DNA of 64,000 bases from Paraspadella gotoi (GCA_051294375.1 CM119269.1:5973531-6037530); one strand, 5' to 3'. Shown: positions 1-13,560, numbered from the stretch's first letter. Program-made: numbers and translations. Notes: a model not told the origin generated them from the sequence alone.

Positions 1-826
1 AAACAGTCTTCATAATTTAATCTACATCCTACAATCAAAAAGGATTAAACAAAGTTCTAATTACTGCAACCGGTCATTGTCTAATGTGTTATCTTTGTAG
101 GGAGTGGGACTCAGTGGTATGATAAATGAATGTATATATTATTAGTACTGCATTTACCAGAGATTTTATTACAAAGCTAAATAACTAATACAAATAGAAA
201 TAATTTTTATCTTTTATCATTACAATTATTTTATTTAATAAACTATTCAACATCTAATACCCATTGACATGGATTTCAAGAGATATCGAGACTCTGACAT
301 GGGATACTCCCTATGATCCCAAGCTGACCATGATTTCACCTTTGAATAATAAGTATATTTAATGATGTTAAAAAAAATATGCCTGAATAATAATACATAC
401 AAAAATCAATTGGACTTAAAATGATGTACTACAATATGCAAATGAGATTGATAGAAATTCATTCACCATCACTGACGCTCTCGTCCAATCATCGATGACC
501 AATGGTCATTGACCATCAAGCCAGGATCTAATCTGGTCGTCATTATTACGTTGTCATCATCATCGTTGTCTTCGTCGCCTGAATTGTCAGTGACTCCCTC
601 CAATCCATCAACAACGATCAAACCGGGTTCGAATCCCACTTTCTCTTCTCTCTCCCTCGACTCCTCGTTAATCAAAGATTCTTTCCTCTCGACTCTTCGG
701 CTCTGATTTTTCGATCGCCCGTCGCGAGAAAACGATTAAGCGAATCACCGATCACAAATCACTCGAGCGTCGCCAATCGCTCACCTCCCACTTCCCGTTC
801 ACAGTTGGGCGGCTTCACGATCTCAC

Positions 827-873
827 CTTTGGCAAATCAGAATGTTGAAAATATCAAGAAGACCACGTAGGTA
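827..873 (-). CDS. Possible small exon (YLRGLLDIFNILICQR) of an unidentified gene
   Basis: Minus strand taattgcag|TAC...CCAAAG|gtgaga has canonical splice sites and only one open frame. No confident neighbouring exons were found. Confidence 0.25.
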
Positions 874-2269
874 CTGCAATTATGTACAAAATATCAAACT
901 GGTTAATTAGTTTTTGATTGAAAAATTACGTGTTTTATTCATTTGCAATCTTTAAACGTTTCTTTTTCCTTTGTCTGCCTAGTTTGATCTATATCATTTT
1001 TTTTTATATTAAAACCTTCTTTATTCTCTTCGCTAATGACGTAAAAAGATTTGTTATTGTTATCATATACGTAATTTTCATCATTATCGTCAAACTCAGT
1101 AAATCTGAATAACATCCGGGGTCGGCTTAAACTTTGCTCTCGATGCATATGGTCGTTGTCTTCTTTCCGCCTGATGATGTTCTCAACTTTTACTTTTGAA
1201 ATAAAACAAATAAAAATTTATTAAATACTTTCAACATAGTTGGCAGTCTCTTTTTTGAAAAAAAAATGAGACGTTAAACAACTGTGAAGGAGATGGAATC
1301 TTGGAAAACATTCGGAAACGCCCCTTTGGCCCATCCAAGGTTCCAAAATTAGCGATCGATTCTGGGTGCATTATATTAATAATATATTATATATCTATAA
1401 TATTATATTCTTAACCATTTTTACAAAAAAATTTCAACCGTCTTTCCATGTTGTTGCGAGAGTCTTGTTGATGTCGTAGTTTGTGGACCCTTTGCTGTTG
1501 TGTCAAGAGATTTATTTCGGAATTTTCTGCATCGTATTTCCTTCGTTCTCGTCGTCGTCGTCGTCATCATTGCCGTCGTCGTCGTCGTCGTCCTCGTCGG
1601 CGTGACAGTGATTTGTTTACATTCTCTGGCTTTGGCTGAATGTTGTCTTTGGGTAAATTACCCACTGGTTATTTTGAGAAATCGATAGTATCAAGAAGGG
1701 GAAAGGACAGAAGGAACGAGGGGAAAAAAATAGTAATTCGCGAGATTATTTTGGATCAGGTCTGTGCGTGCATTTTGCGTGTTGGCGTGCGAAGGCGATT
1801 GCCTTTGTGGGCGACTGTTTGCTCTGTTCTGTGTGTTGAAGCCTGTGTGTGGGGAGGGGAAGCGAAATTTTTTACTGTTATTTTCTCTCCTTCCGTTGGA
1901 AGAAGAAAAGCTGTTTATTTTGCGGCTCAACTCGTGATGTAAATTTGTCAACAGGAAAAAACGAATTTTTAAGCGGAAGTTTTCTCGCGCTGTTAAATTT
2001 TCGTCTTCTTCTTCGTCGTCGTCGTCGTCGTCGTAGTCGTCGTCATCCGTCTGCCTAAAGCGTTTGTCATTTTCGTCGCCTTTGTCAGCGGCGTATTCTT
2101 CCTTCGTCTATCCATACGTCGTCGTCTTTCTGGCAACGACTCTGCCCATGTCATGCCCATGTCGTCCTCGCCCGGACTTTGTCATTACTTTTCCTTATTG
2201 TCGATTGTCACATTTTTCTCCGTCCAAGTTGTCATTTTTTGTTATTAATAATAAAAACAGAGGATCCAA

Positions 2270-2480
2270 AATGACATTATGACATAATGACGTAGAATGA
2301 CGTAAAAGACAATGACGTTATGACTAAAACGACCCAAAATTACATAATGACATAAAATGACAAAATGACGCAATGACGTAATGAATAAAGGATCAAACAT
2401 GACTAAAATGACGTAAATGACATAAAATTACCAAACATGACTAAAGTAACATAAATGACATAAATGATAAAATGACGTAA
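2270..2480. repeat. Degenerate 9-10-bp tandem repeat (AAATGACGT/AAATGACAT)
   Basis: About 20 TGAC-core units, e.g. aatgacgtagaatgacgtaaaagacaatgacgt. The mirror copy is at ~14200-14400. Confidence 0.8.
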
Positions 2481-2894
2481 TATTTATATTTTATAATATT
2501 CTATAATTCTATAATATTTTTTTCAAACTTATATTCCGTCATCTTCATCATAACATTAGTCGTCGTCGTCGTCGTCGTCATGGTCATCTCGGACGTCGTC
2601 CCTATCGTCGTCGTCTTCGTCGTCGCCGTCCCGACAATTGCGGGCACCAACCATTCGAATCTCATGCATCAGGATTACATTTATCTTTTGAGGAGGAAGA
2701 GGAGGAGGAAGAGGAGGAAGAGGAGAAGGAAGAGGAGGTTGAGAAAAATTAATGAGCGAAATTGAAAAATGATCGTTTGGTTTAACCTTGAATTTAACAT
2801 AGGGCAGATAAAGTTTATAATTTCGTAGGAATTATTTGTCAAAATTTGTCAAAATTTATTAAATTATATTTAAAAAAAAAACTAAGTGGGGCGG

Positions 2895-2901
<7 letters not shown>

Positions 2902-2962
<61 letters not shown>
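2902..2962 (+). repeat. (GAC)n microsatellite
   Basis: Perfect run of about 20 GAC units. Confidence 0.95.
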
Positions 2963-3108
2963 TTGAACGGCTACAATGATTTAAAAATAAAAATGAAAAT
3001 AAATTTTTTTAAAAATTTTAAAAAAGAAAAAAAGAAAGCTAAGCTAGGATGAAATGAAGTCAAAGAAATATCATCTCCCTCCAGGGGAGAGAAAAGAGAA
3101 ATAAAGCA

Positions 3109-3154
<46 letters not shown>

Positions 3155-3333
3155 TCAATATGCAACCGGACCCAGAAAACGCAATAACCATTCTGCTCCT
3201 CCCCCCTTTTCCCTCCTTCTTCCCCCGAACAATAAATTAAAAAGGAAATAACGAACGTTGTCCCATTAAAATCAGACCCATTTGTTCATAATACACAAAA
3301 AATTTAATCAAATCAACGAGATGCACCGCCTCT

Positions 3334-6300
3334 GGTGTTCATATCAAAAGTTTTCTATCTCACGCACCTTTAACACGACGCATGTAAAATAGTTTTGCAC
3401 CAACGCCATTCAAATTGTTCCAAGACGCCTTTAGCATACCTCTCCATGAAAGATTTGCCACTTTCAAATCAACCCTCACTGTCAAAGTAGAGAGATTATC
3501 GTCCAACATAATTTTAGTTAAAAGAATGCATTAAGTTGTTCTATACAAAAATTTAGAGTCGCAACTACTTCTAGCGACACAACATCCCAACGCTGCACCA
3601 GGTATGCCATACATGCACTATATCTCTGTAGAGGTACTCATCAAAATTCAACACATTTTAATTCATAAATAGGTCCCCTTCAATTAATAACATCTTTTAA
3701 AAATGGGCTCACATCAGAATAATCCAACAGATACTTAAAAAAAAATATAAAAAAATATTAATATATTGCTATAGGGAATTAATAGACAAAAATACAATAC
3801 ACATAAATTCATCTTTGATTACCATAACTTTTAAGATCTGTTTATAAAATTTAAAAAAATTTTTAACACAGACAGAAAAAAAAATAAAAGTATGCATCAA
3901 AAATCGCTATTATTAATAAAACCTCTAGTTTATTCCATCAGATTTATAAGTACCAAATCCAAGAAGGCCTGTGGAGCAACCTCAATTTTGAGAGTGGACC
4001 AACATTCAGATAAAAAAAGCTTATCAAAGTAATTTAGATCTATTATAGATGAAATTGCTTTCCTTTAGTGATAATAGACTATACCTGATCTTTATTAAGG
4101 TGAGCTTACTTTTTAGATACTTCGTCCAAGACTGCTTGAAGTAAACAAAAATTTAGTATACACAACAATGTAAAACAATCATATCATTAATTTATTATTA
4201 CTATTACAAAACTCGGATAACTATAAATAAAGTAATCAATTACAGAAACAAAAAGAACGGCTGGGGGTCATTATATTTATTTTGGCCATTTCTAAGCAAA
4301 CATTCTGTTTCTTAAATCCGAACTTAATTCAATCTAATATAACCCTAACTGTTACAAAAAGTAATAACAATGCTAAAACCCTAATTTAGAAAGTTATTGT
4401 GGCCCAACCTGATTATAACCTGACAAATTAATCCAAAATTTATTTAGTTTTATCACCCAGGCCTAACCCATCTTGGATCGTAACCATAGTATTGCTCTTT
4501 GTGTGTGTTGTGTTGTCGTAACAACGTTACCATCTTTTTAACATATGAATACTCAAGTGTAAACCAAGTAAGCTAAAAATTAGATATGCTGCTCATCATG
4601 GGTCTTTAAATATTAAGATTCAATTCCTCACTCATTTGTTTGTTTATTTACAAAACATTTATATTATAGATGATCAGCCAGACGGCTTCACCGGCTGTCA
4701 GCTTATACCTCCTTTAAATATTGGCCTCACTCTCTCTTTCTTTTAATATAGTCGCTCTCTTCGTCCCTCAACTGCTTCTTCTGGATCGTCTAAAAACGAG
4801 TTAAGCTCTACAACAATCCAGTTAAATCCTTTCTCCTCCTCTCCTCTCTCTTTTTCTCTCTCTCTCCTCTTTCTTTTTTCCTCTCTTTCTTTCTCTCCTC
4901 TCCACTCATACATGACTTGGTTTTATTTACGAATATGATCATGCACTTAATGAATAACTATCAATTACAATGAATGACCACTTCCCAAAAATAAGATAAT
5001 CATCGATCCACATTGGTGTCAGCATCAAATCATGTAATCAATGCAATCAATATGTTATCATCGAATCAATATTTGTTATCATAGAATAAATATTTGTTAC
5101 ATTGCATCAATTATTGGTACATAGCCCTCAAGTAATCAATTCTATATAAACATCAATTACTAACATCAATCATTTCTAATAACATCAATCAATTACATTA
5201 CCAATAATCGTTATACATCATCATTATTTTCGGATTTTTCTATTTAAAAAATTATTCCACCCATGAAATTGATAAAGTTAATAAACACCATACCTACAAA
5301 ATTTAATGAATCTCCATTAATCATAATATGCAAACAGGTCAATGTCCACCAAAAACTGTCGTAAGTCGCAATCATTTCAGAACATTAATTATAAAATTAA
5401 TAAAACAACATCGTCCATCATTCATTGTAATTTTTTATCCTTACTTTTATTTATTATTTCAGCGCAATATGAATTAACAAAATGCAAAATTTTGATAAAG
5501 AGAACAGAGAGGAGGAGAGAGAGATTTACAGAAAAGTATAATAATTTTATAGAATCAAGTGAAAACATTTCCCACAAGTTGACTGTACAAGAAAAATTGC
5601 TAAAAGGAAAGAGAACAAAACATCTTTACAGTGTTTTTAAAATTTTATTACATTAAATTACGAAACAGGAATAAACATCCAGGATAACATACAACAATAA
5701 AATAATAACGTAAAAACATACTAATAATTCCACAAGGCAAATAAAGACACAAAAAATTCAAAATTAACAAACAAACAGATAGACGATCCATAGCAGCACA
5801 GATCGGAGAAGGATTTGGAAAAGGTTTCAGCGACGACACAGCGCCACCAACGAAGAGGGAGTGAAAATAATTTCATATTGTCATACACATCCCAAATAAA
5901 AAAGGGTCAAAAAAAGGAGAAAAAGGATCGGAGAGAAGAGGAAAGAGAACGAACAAAATGAACGCGACCCGAACCGGAGAGGACTTGAGGAGGAAGAGAA
6001 AAAGAAGGAAAGGACGTAACCGCGTAGTCCACAGCTTCCGACCTGCTCTTTCAAATTATCGTTGATACTCTAATCAGAAACGGGAAACTCAGACCCATAT
6101 CGCATTTACTGCCGCCACTCGCGATACAATAACAAAAAACAAAATATTTACATATAAGAAAAAGTTTCTGAAAAAATAACGAATTTCCAATTTTGTAAAT
6201 CAGTCGATCATATTCTTAACACACCGAACATAAAAGGTCTGAGATGTAATAGGGCAAGGGTTCAGCCCAAACTTGTCCCAACTCACACTAACATGCTTAA

Positions 6301-7263
6301 TCTATGAGGGCGTTTGAACATAATGTAATTCCAATACAGTTGTTATGAATTGTTAACTAAATCTTTTTTTCCCTTCACAGTCTGGACAGACAGTAATCTA
6401 CAAAAAAGTAAGCTCACTTAATAAAGAGTCAGAGTACAAGTACTTTGATATCACTAAAAGAAGCAAATTACACTATAATAGAATGTAATTATTATTGATA
6501 AAAACTTTTCTATCTGCAACGGTGTCAAACTCCAACAAATTGAGAATCCCTCCCACAAGAGCCTTGGATTGGGTTATAAAATCATGATTGAAATATACAA
6601 CCTAAGTGGTTTATCAAACTATAAAGCGATTTTGATGCCAAACTTATTTTTATTCTGTGTATGTTAAAAAAAATTTTTTTCACACAAAATCTTATAAACA
6701 GGAACTTAAAAAGATTTAGGGTCTATCAAGATTAAATTATACTGTTATTGTAATTATATCTATGCTCTATAATAACCTATAAGCAAATAAATAAATAATA
6801 TTTTGTATATAATTTTATTTTTAAAAGAATCGTTCAGGAATTATCCTCCAGGAGTAGCACACCAATTTTTTAAAAAAGATTAATAAATGAAAGAGGACTA
6901 TTTATGACTAAAAACTGTGAGAAGAATTTTATAGTAAATCTAAACCAAAAAGAAGTCGTACGGCAAATGTATGCCCTCAACTGTCAGCAGCTTGTGGAGT
7001 GTTGTTTCGCTTGAAGAGAGCGGAACTCTAATCTTAAAATAAACAAACCAATGCACTCTTTAACAATAAATAATGTTGGACGATAACAAATCTCTCATAC
7101 TTTATCAAGGAGCGGATGATGTAAAGTTGCCAAAAATAATCCTTCAGAAAGGTACTGCTAAAGGTTGAGCCAATTTGAATGGGCGATGGTGCAAACTATT
7201 TTTAGTTCAATCCCGTCGTGTAATGTGCGGAAGATTACAAACAACTCTTGGAATATACACACC
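3334..7263. mobile_element. Non-autonomous foldback/long-TIR DNA element, ~3.9 kb, TIRs ~3334-4190 and ~6325-7263
   Basis: Left end ggtgttcatatcaaaagtt...acacgacg mirrors right end cgtcgtgt...actcttggaatatacacacc. Arms align along their length (4095-4135 vs 6380-6425; 3490-3530 vs 7050-7100). The element is absent at the matching sites near 13318 and 18580. No transposase ORF is visible. Confidence 0.8.
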
Positions 7264-8189
7264 TAAACTCTCTCCTTCCCTTTCTCTCCGTCCCTCCTCT
7301 CTCTTCTCTCTCTCATTATACCTGCTCCCTCCCCCCCTCCTCCTCTCTCTTTCCACTCTCTCTCATCATCTTCTCTCTCCCCCTCTCTCCTCTCCCTCCT
7401 TCTCCCCTCTCCTCTCCTCTCTCTCTCCTCCTCCTCGGCCTCTCCCACTCCTCTCTCTCTTCCTCTCTCTCTCTCCCCACCTCTTCCCCCTCTCAAGATC
7501 CTCTCTCCTCCTCCCCTCCTCACTCCCAGTGCTCCTCTCTTCCTCCTCCTTCTCCCTCTCTCCTCTCTCCTCCTCCACCTCCACTCCTCCTCCTCCTCCC
7601 TCCCATCTCCTTGCCCCGGTCTTCTCCTCTCTCATTCGTTCCCTTTCACTGTCCCTGTCAAAGTTCCCTCATGTCATTTTTTTATGTGTTAAAGTCAATT
7701 AAATACCCTTCTTGTGCGAGACGCTTATATTTGTTCTTCACGGCTGTTAGAAGGAATTCTCGGTCTTAACTCGCACTTCGTTCGATGGCTTCTTGGCAAT
7801 TTTTTTCTCTTTCTCTCTTCTCTCTCCCTCTCTCTTCTCTCTCTCCTTCTCCTCTCTCTCCTACTTCTCTTCTCTCTTCTCTCTCCTCTCTCTCTTTCCT
7901 CTCTTCTCTCTCCCTTCCTCTCTCAAGTATCCTATACTTATTTAACACAAATAAGCAGGGATTTTGCTATTAAAAAAAAAAAAGAAGAGATAAATAAAAC
8001 AAGGAAGAAAATCAAAATGATAAAAAGAAGATAAAAAAAATATAGAGAAGAGAAGAAAAGAAAGAAAGAAAAAGCAAAAGGTAAGTGCAAAAGAGAAAAC
8101 AAAGAAAAAAAAACCAGTATTGAAAAAAGAAACGCATAGATTCGATTTAAAAGACCGGAAAATTCTTAGTAAGCAGAAAGAGGTGGGCC

Positions 8190-9160
8190 CATGTTGGGCA
8201 GTGAAGTAAGCCTTTGTGGACGGCTCTGGGTGGAGTATTAAAGGGAAGGCCATGCATGTGGGTGGTGGAAAGCGAGAAAGCCTTGTGGGGGTGTGGTAGG
8301 GAGGTATCAAAGAAAGAACCTTGTGGGCGTGAAGGAAAGCTGGCGGGCGCTTGGTGTGGGAGACGTTAAAGGAAGCCTTGGGGCGTGAAGGAAGCTGGTG
8401 GGTTGCGCAGGGAGTATTAAAGGAAAGCCTTGTGGGGGGTGGAAGTAAGCCGCGTGGCGCGTGGCACTGGTGGAGTAAGTAAAGGGTAAAGCCTTAATGG
8501 CGTGGAAGGAACCTTTGGGCTTGGTGGAGTATTTAAAGAAGAAATTGTGGAGAACCTGGCGGCCGGCTGGTGGGAATAGAAGCTGCGGGGCCCTGGTGCT
8601 GGGTTGAATATAAAGGAAGCCTGTGGGCGTGGAAGGAAGCCTGCGTGCCGGTTAGTAAAGGGAGTTGGCAGGGAAGGCCTTGGGGTTGTGGTTAGGGCGA
8701 CTGTGGCTGGGAATAAGGCCGCAGTGGCGCTGGGGGGAGTATTAAAGAGTTGCGAGAGGACACTGTCGCGTTGGCTGAGTATAAGGTAAAGCTGGACTTG
8801 GGAGCCGGTGGGCGGAGGAGATTTAAAGGAAGCCTTGTGGGGTGGAAGTAGCTCGTGGGCTGCTGGTGGGGAGTATTAAAGGGAAGCTTGTGCGGCAGGA
8901 AGGTAAAGCGCCGTTGGGCGCTGGTGGGAGTATTAAGGGAAGCTTGTGCTGGAGTAAGCCGCGTGGCGCTCGTGGGCAGTATTAAAAGGAAGCCGTGGGA
9001 GTGGAAGTAAGCAGCGGGGGCGCTGCGGGGGGAGTATAAAGGGTAACCCTGTTGGAGGGGTAAGCGCGTGGGCGCTGGGTTGATAGTATTAAAGGAAGCC
9101 TTGTGGCGTGGAATAAGTCCGCGTGGCCTGGTGCGGAGTATTAAAGGGAGAATCTTGTGG
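8190..9160 (+). repeat. 56-bp G-rich minisatellite, about 17-18 noisy units
   Basis: Unit GAGTATTAAAGGGAAGCCTTGTGGGCGTGGAAGTAAGCCGCGTGGGCGCTGGTGGG (clean unit at 19565-19620). Confidence 0.9.
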
Positions 9161-9561
9161 CTGCACTTCTGTTGCTGGTGGGAAGAAGCTTTGCGTCCGG
9201 CCGCGTTGTGCGTATATATTGTCAAACTCCGCACGTGGTCGATCATCCTGAATGTTAGGAGTAGTACACATAACTTTTATTAGAGTAAGATACTGAAGCT
9301 GTAATTAAAGTTTGTTCGTATTAATGTAATGAGAGTTGCGTTAAGTGGAAAAACTCTTTTTGTAGATTGAAAAAACAAAAGATTTTCCTTTAACAACAAG
9401 GAAAACCAGAGAAGAGCGAGGGGAGAAGAAAAGAAAGAGAGAGGGAGAAAGAGAGAGAGAGAGAGAACGAGAAGAGAAGGAAAGAGAGAGAGAAGGAAGA
9501 GAGAGAGAGAGAGAGAAGAGGTCGGAACTTTCGATCCGTGAAAGTCAGATACTGAAGACGA

Positions 9562-9586
9562 NNNNNNNNNNNNNNNNNNNNNNNNN
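9562..9586. other. 25-N assembly gap (others of exactly 25 N: 31731-31755, 43912-43936, 48756-48780)
   Basis: Counted directly. Larger gaps are at 18901-19097, 29959-30429, 44302-44571 and 44668-44898. Confidence 0.95.
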
Positions 9587-11338
9587 ACATGGGTCACCAC
9601 CTTTACATCCTACACACCTCATTGCCCGTGTTATCTGCTTCGTCTTTGCCAGATCTCTTCCCACCTGCGTTATGTCGGTTCTTCGTCGTTTTTCGCTTCC
9701 ATCCTTTTTCCGATCGTTCGTCCTTCGCCGTCGTTTTTCCGGCTCGTTTGTCTTTTTTCCGTCGGCGGTCGGTTTTTGTCACTTCCTCTTTCCTCGTATT
9801 TTCGTCTTGCTTTTGTCTTTTTTCGTTGTCGGTTTTGTCTTCCTCTTCGTCGCCTCGTTTTCGTCTTTTCTTTGTCGTTTTCGTTGTCCCGGTTTTGGTC
9901 TTCCGTCTTCGTCCTGTTGTGTTTCGTCTTTCTTTTGTCTTTTTTCGTTGTCGGTTTTGTCTTCCTCTTCGTCTCGTTTTCGTCTTCTTTGTTTTTTTCG
10001 TTGTCTCCTGTTTATGTCTTCCTCTTCGTCGTCGTTCGTCTTCTTTGTCTTTTTCGTTGTCCGGGTTTTTGGTCTTCCTCTTCGTCGTCGTTTCGTCTTT
10101 GGTCTTTTTCGTTGTCGGTTTTTGTCTTCACTCTTCCGTCGTCTTTTTCCTCTTCTTTGTCTTTTTCTCGTTGTCGTTTTGTCTTCCTTCTTCGTCGTCG
10201 TTTTCGCTCCCTTTTTTTCGTCCATCAGTGTCCACTGGTCTTTTATTGTTACTTGGTTTTGGTCGTTTTCGTCACTCACTACTGCCCACTCACCACTGTC
10301 CACTGCATTCACCTTCTTACACTCTGTCACTTTTTGGCATCTGTTGACGGTCGGCAGCGCACCGCAGCGACAGACGACAGCGCGCCCGCGCGCCGAGAGC
10401 CAGCAGAGCAGCGAGAGAGAGACAGACAATCAAGCAGTCAACTAAATCCCCGCTGCTTGCTTAAATTTGAAACTCTCTCTTTCCGAGTCTCTCTTTCTTC
10501 TCTCTGTCTTTCTTTCTCCCTCTCATCTTTTTTTGCTGCTGGACTCTTTGTTTGTCTTTTACTTTTCGTCAATTTTTTTGTCATGGTCTTCGCCTTCATT
10601 TTCGTCGTCGTTTCGCCTTCTTTTTGTCGCCTTCTTCGTCGTTGTCGTCGTCTTTGGCTGTCGTTTCGTCAATCGTCTTTGTTGTCCGTTTTCGTCGTCG
10701 TTGGTCGTCTTCTGTCGTTGTCGTTTTCGGAGTTTTCGTTTTGTCATTGTTATTGTTGTCGTCGTCTTTGATGTTTTTGTTGTCGTCTTTGTCGTTTGTT
10801 TTTCATCGTTGTGTTATTGTTGTCATCTTCGTCCGTTGTGCGTCTTCATCGTTGTTGTCATCGACCCGTCATGTTGTTGCTTTACAATCATCGTTTTTTG
10901 TTGTTGTTGATCGTCTTTGTTATCATTTTCGGTCGACGTTTCGTCGTTGTTTTTGTTTTGTTATCATTTTTTCGTCTTCGCCCGTACGTTTTCGTCATCT
11001 CTTTCTATTGGTTTTTGTCTTTTTCGACTTTTTCGTTATGTTCGTTGTCGTCATTGTCGGATTTCAAGAATTAATTTTTAGTGTAAAGTTGGAACAAAAA
11101 AAATTCTAATACCATCTTTACGTGATAAAAAAAATTGAAACTTGGGAAAGATTTGCCCTTTAAGAATTTTTAAACAAAAAATAGGCGAGCTGACACATCG
11201 AATTTTTTGACGTCACTTTGCCCATTGGAACGAGAGAAGAAAGAATTACATTTTTGGAATCGGGGAGATTGAAGGACCGAAACGTTATGATAAGCAGAAC
11301 TTATTACCCCCCATGACCCCTCGATCCACTGGGTTCCC
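9587..11338 (-). mobile_element. Truncated second copy of the TTAA/Kolobok-like element (left end)
   Basis: gatccactgggttccc near 11323-11338 is the terminal repeat. The interior is the reverse complement of 19906-21710 and is cut off at the gap. Confidence 0.75.
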
Positions 11339-11589
11339 TAAATAAGGAAACTTTTGTTTTTTCAAATACTGACAAAAGAGTTTTTTCACTTAAACGCCAA
11401 CATCGGTCATTCAACATCTAATCACGAACAAAACTTTAATTACAGTTCAGTATATTATCTCTAATAAAAGGTTATGTGTACTACTCCTCAGACAATTCAG
11501 GCATGATACGCACCACAGTGCGGAGTTTGACAAATTATAATAGCACCAACGCGCGGCCGAGACGCAAAGCTTCTCTCCCCCAGCAACAG

Positions 11590-12680
11590 CAAGTCGCAGC
11601 CACAAGATTTCCCTTTAATACTCCGCATCCAGCGCCCACGCGCTTACTTCCACGCCACAAGGCTTCCTTTAATACTCCGCAACACCAGCGCCCACGGCGC
11701 TTACTTCCCATCCAACAGGGCTTCCCTTTAATACTCCCCACCAGAGCGCCCCACGCGCTTACTTCCACGCCCAGACAAGGCTTCCTTTTAATACTCGCCC
11801 ACGCAGCGCCACACGCGGCTTACTTCCACGCCCACAAGGCTTGCCCTTTAATACTCCGCCACCAGCGCCCACGGCGGCTTACCTTCCATGCCGCACAAGG
11901 CTTCCCTTTAATACTCCCCACGCAGCAGCCCACGCAGCTACTTCCATGCCCACAAGGCTTCCCTTAAATACTCCCCACAGCGCCGCACGCGGCTTACTTC
12001 CACGCCCACAAGGCTTCCTTTTAATACTCACTGCCAAACGCCGCACAAGGCTTCCTTCTACGCCCACAAGGCTCTTTAATACTCCCACACACCAGCGCCC
12101 ACTGCGGCCTTACTTCCCACAGCCCACAAGGCTTCGCCCCTTTAATACTCCCTACCAACGCCCACAAGGCTTCCATTCCACGTGCCCACAAGGCTTCCCT
12201 TTACTAACTCCACCAGCTGCCACGCAGGGCTTACTTCCACGCCCACAAGGCTTCCTTTAAGTTTCCGCACCAGCGCCCGCGCGACTTCCTTCCACCACGG
12301 CCCACAGGTTTCTTTCTCTTTAAATACTCCTACCAACGCCCACAAGGCTTCCTTCCACGCCCATAAGGCTTACCCTTTACTACTCCCTCACCAGCGCGCC
12401 ACGCGGCTTACTTCCACCGCCCCACAAGGCTTTTTTCCTTTAATACTCCCTGGCCAACGCCCACCAGCTTCCTTCCCACGCCCAACAAGGCTTCCTTAAG
12501 TCTCCCCACCAAGCGCCCGCGCAAGCTTCCTTCCACGGCCCACAAAGGTTTCTTTCTTTATACCTCCCCTACCCACGCCCCCCACAAGGCTCTCGCTTTC
12601 CACCACCCACATGCAGGCTTCCCTTTAATAACTCACCACCCAGCGCCGTCCACAAAGGCTTACTTTCACGTTGCCCGACA
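11590..12680 (-). repeat. 56-bp minisatellite, inverted copy, about 18 units
   Basis: Recurrent cccacaaggcttccctttaatactcc motif at ~55-60-bp spacing. Confidence 0.9.
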
Positions 12681-12953
12681 AGGCCTCACTCTTTCTGTCT
12701 AAGAATTTTCCGGCTTTTAAATCCCCGAATCCTATGGCGTTTCTTTTTTCAATCACTGGTTTTTTTTTCTTTGTTTTCTCTTTTGCACTTTACCTTTGCT
12801 TTCTTTCTTTCTTTTCTTTCTCTCTCTCTATATTTTTTTTATCATTTTTTTTATTTTTTCTTCCTTTCTTTATTCTATCTCTTCTTTTTTTTATTTAAAG
12901 CAAAATCCTGCTTATTTGTGTTGAAAATAAGTAAGGATACTTAAGAGAGAGGA

Positions 12954-12999
<46 letters not shown>

Positions 13000-13258
13000 A
13001 GAGAGAGAAAGGGAGAGGAGAGAAGAGAGAGAGGAGAGAGAGAGAGAGAAAGAAGAGAAAAATTGCCCAAGAAAGCCAGACGAAGCGAGTTTACAGACCG
13101 AGAATTCCTTCTAAAGCTGAGAACAAATATAAGCGTCCTCCACAAGAAGGGTAATCTTAATTGATTAAACAACATAAAAACAAATGACACATGAGAGGGA
13201 ACTTTGACAAAGTGGACAGTGAAAGGGAACGAATGAGAGAGGAGAGAAGAGAGAGAGA

Positions 13259-13295
<37 letters not shown>

Positions 13296-13529
13296 GAAGA
13301 GAGAGGAGAGAGAGAGACGGGGATCTCGCTTGATTTAGATTAATTTTTTGTGCTGATTCTGACACAAATGGGCTGCTGATTTTAATGGGACAACGTTCGT
13401 TAATTTCCTTTAATTTATTGTTCGGGGGAAGAAGAGAGGGGAAAAAGGGGGGAGGAGCAAAGAATGGTTATTGCGTTTTCTGGGTCGGTTGCAATATTGA
13501 GGAGTGAGAGAGAGAGAGAGAAGGAGGAG

Positions 13530-13560
<31 letters not shown>

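Larger units (their letters stand above)
1..9561 (+). repeat. Copy 1 of a triplicated locus (carries the long-TIR insertion, lacks the TTAA element)
   Basis: 1-3333 and 7264-9400 match the reverse complement of ~17570-11340 (e.g. 1-100 vs 17461-17568). 2960-3333 and 7600-9400 match 18090-19905 directly. 9390-9561 matches 23550-23730. Confidence 0.9.

Noticed and set aside
622-640. GGGTTCGAATCCC tRNA T-arm motif
   Set aside because: No upstream A-box, D-arm or acceptor stem; it is an isolated motif.
9589-11109. Long ORFs of 150-330 aa (also 20978-21679, 7175-7769, 37810-38240)
   Set aside because: They are open in several frames only because the simple GTC/CTT/CT repeats lack stop codons; the translations are low-complexity F/S/L/R/V.
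11476-12499. Repetitive Pro/Thr/Arg ORFs over the minisatellite
   Set aside because: The 56-bp unit is not a multiple of 3 and the frames are not conserved between copies.
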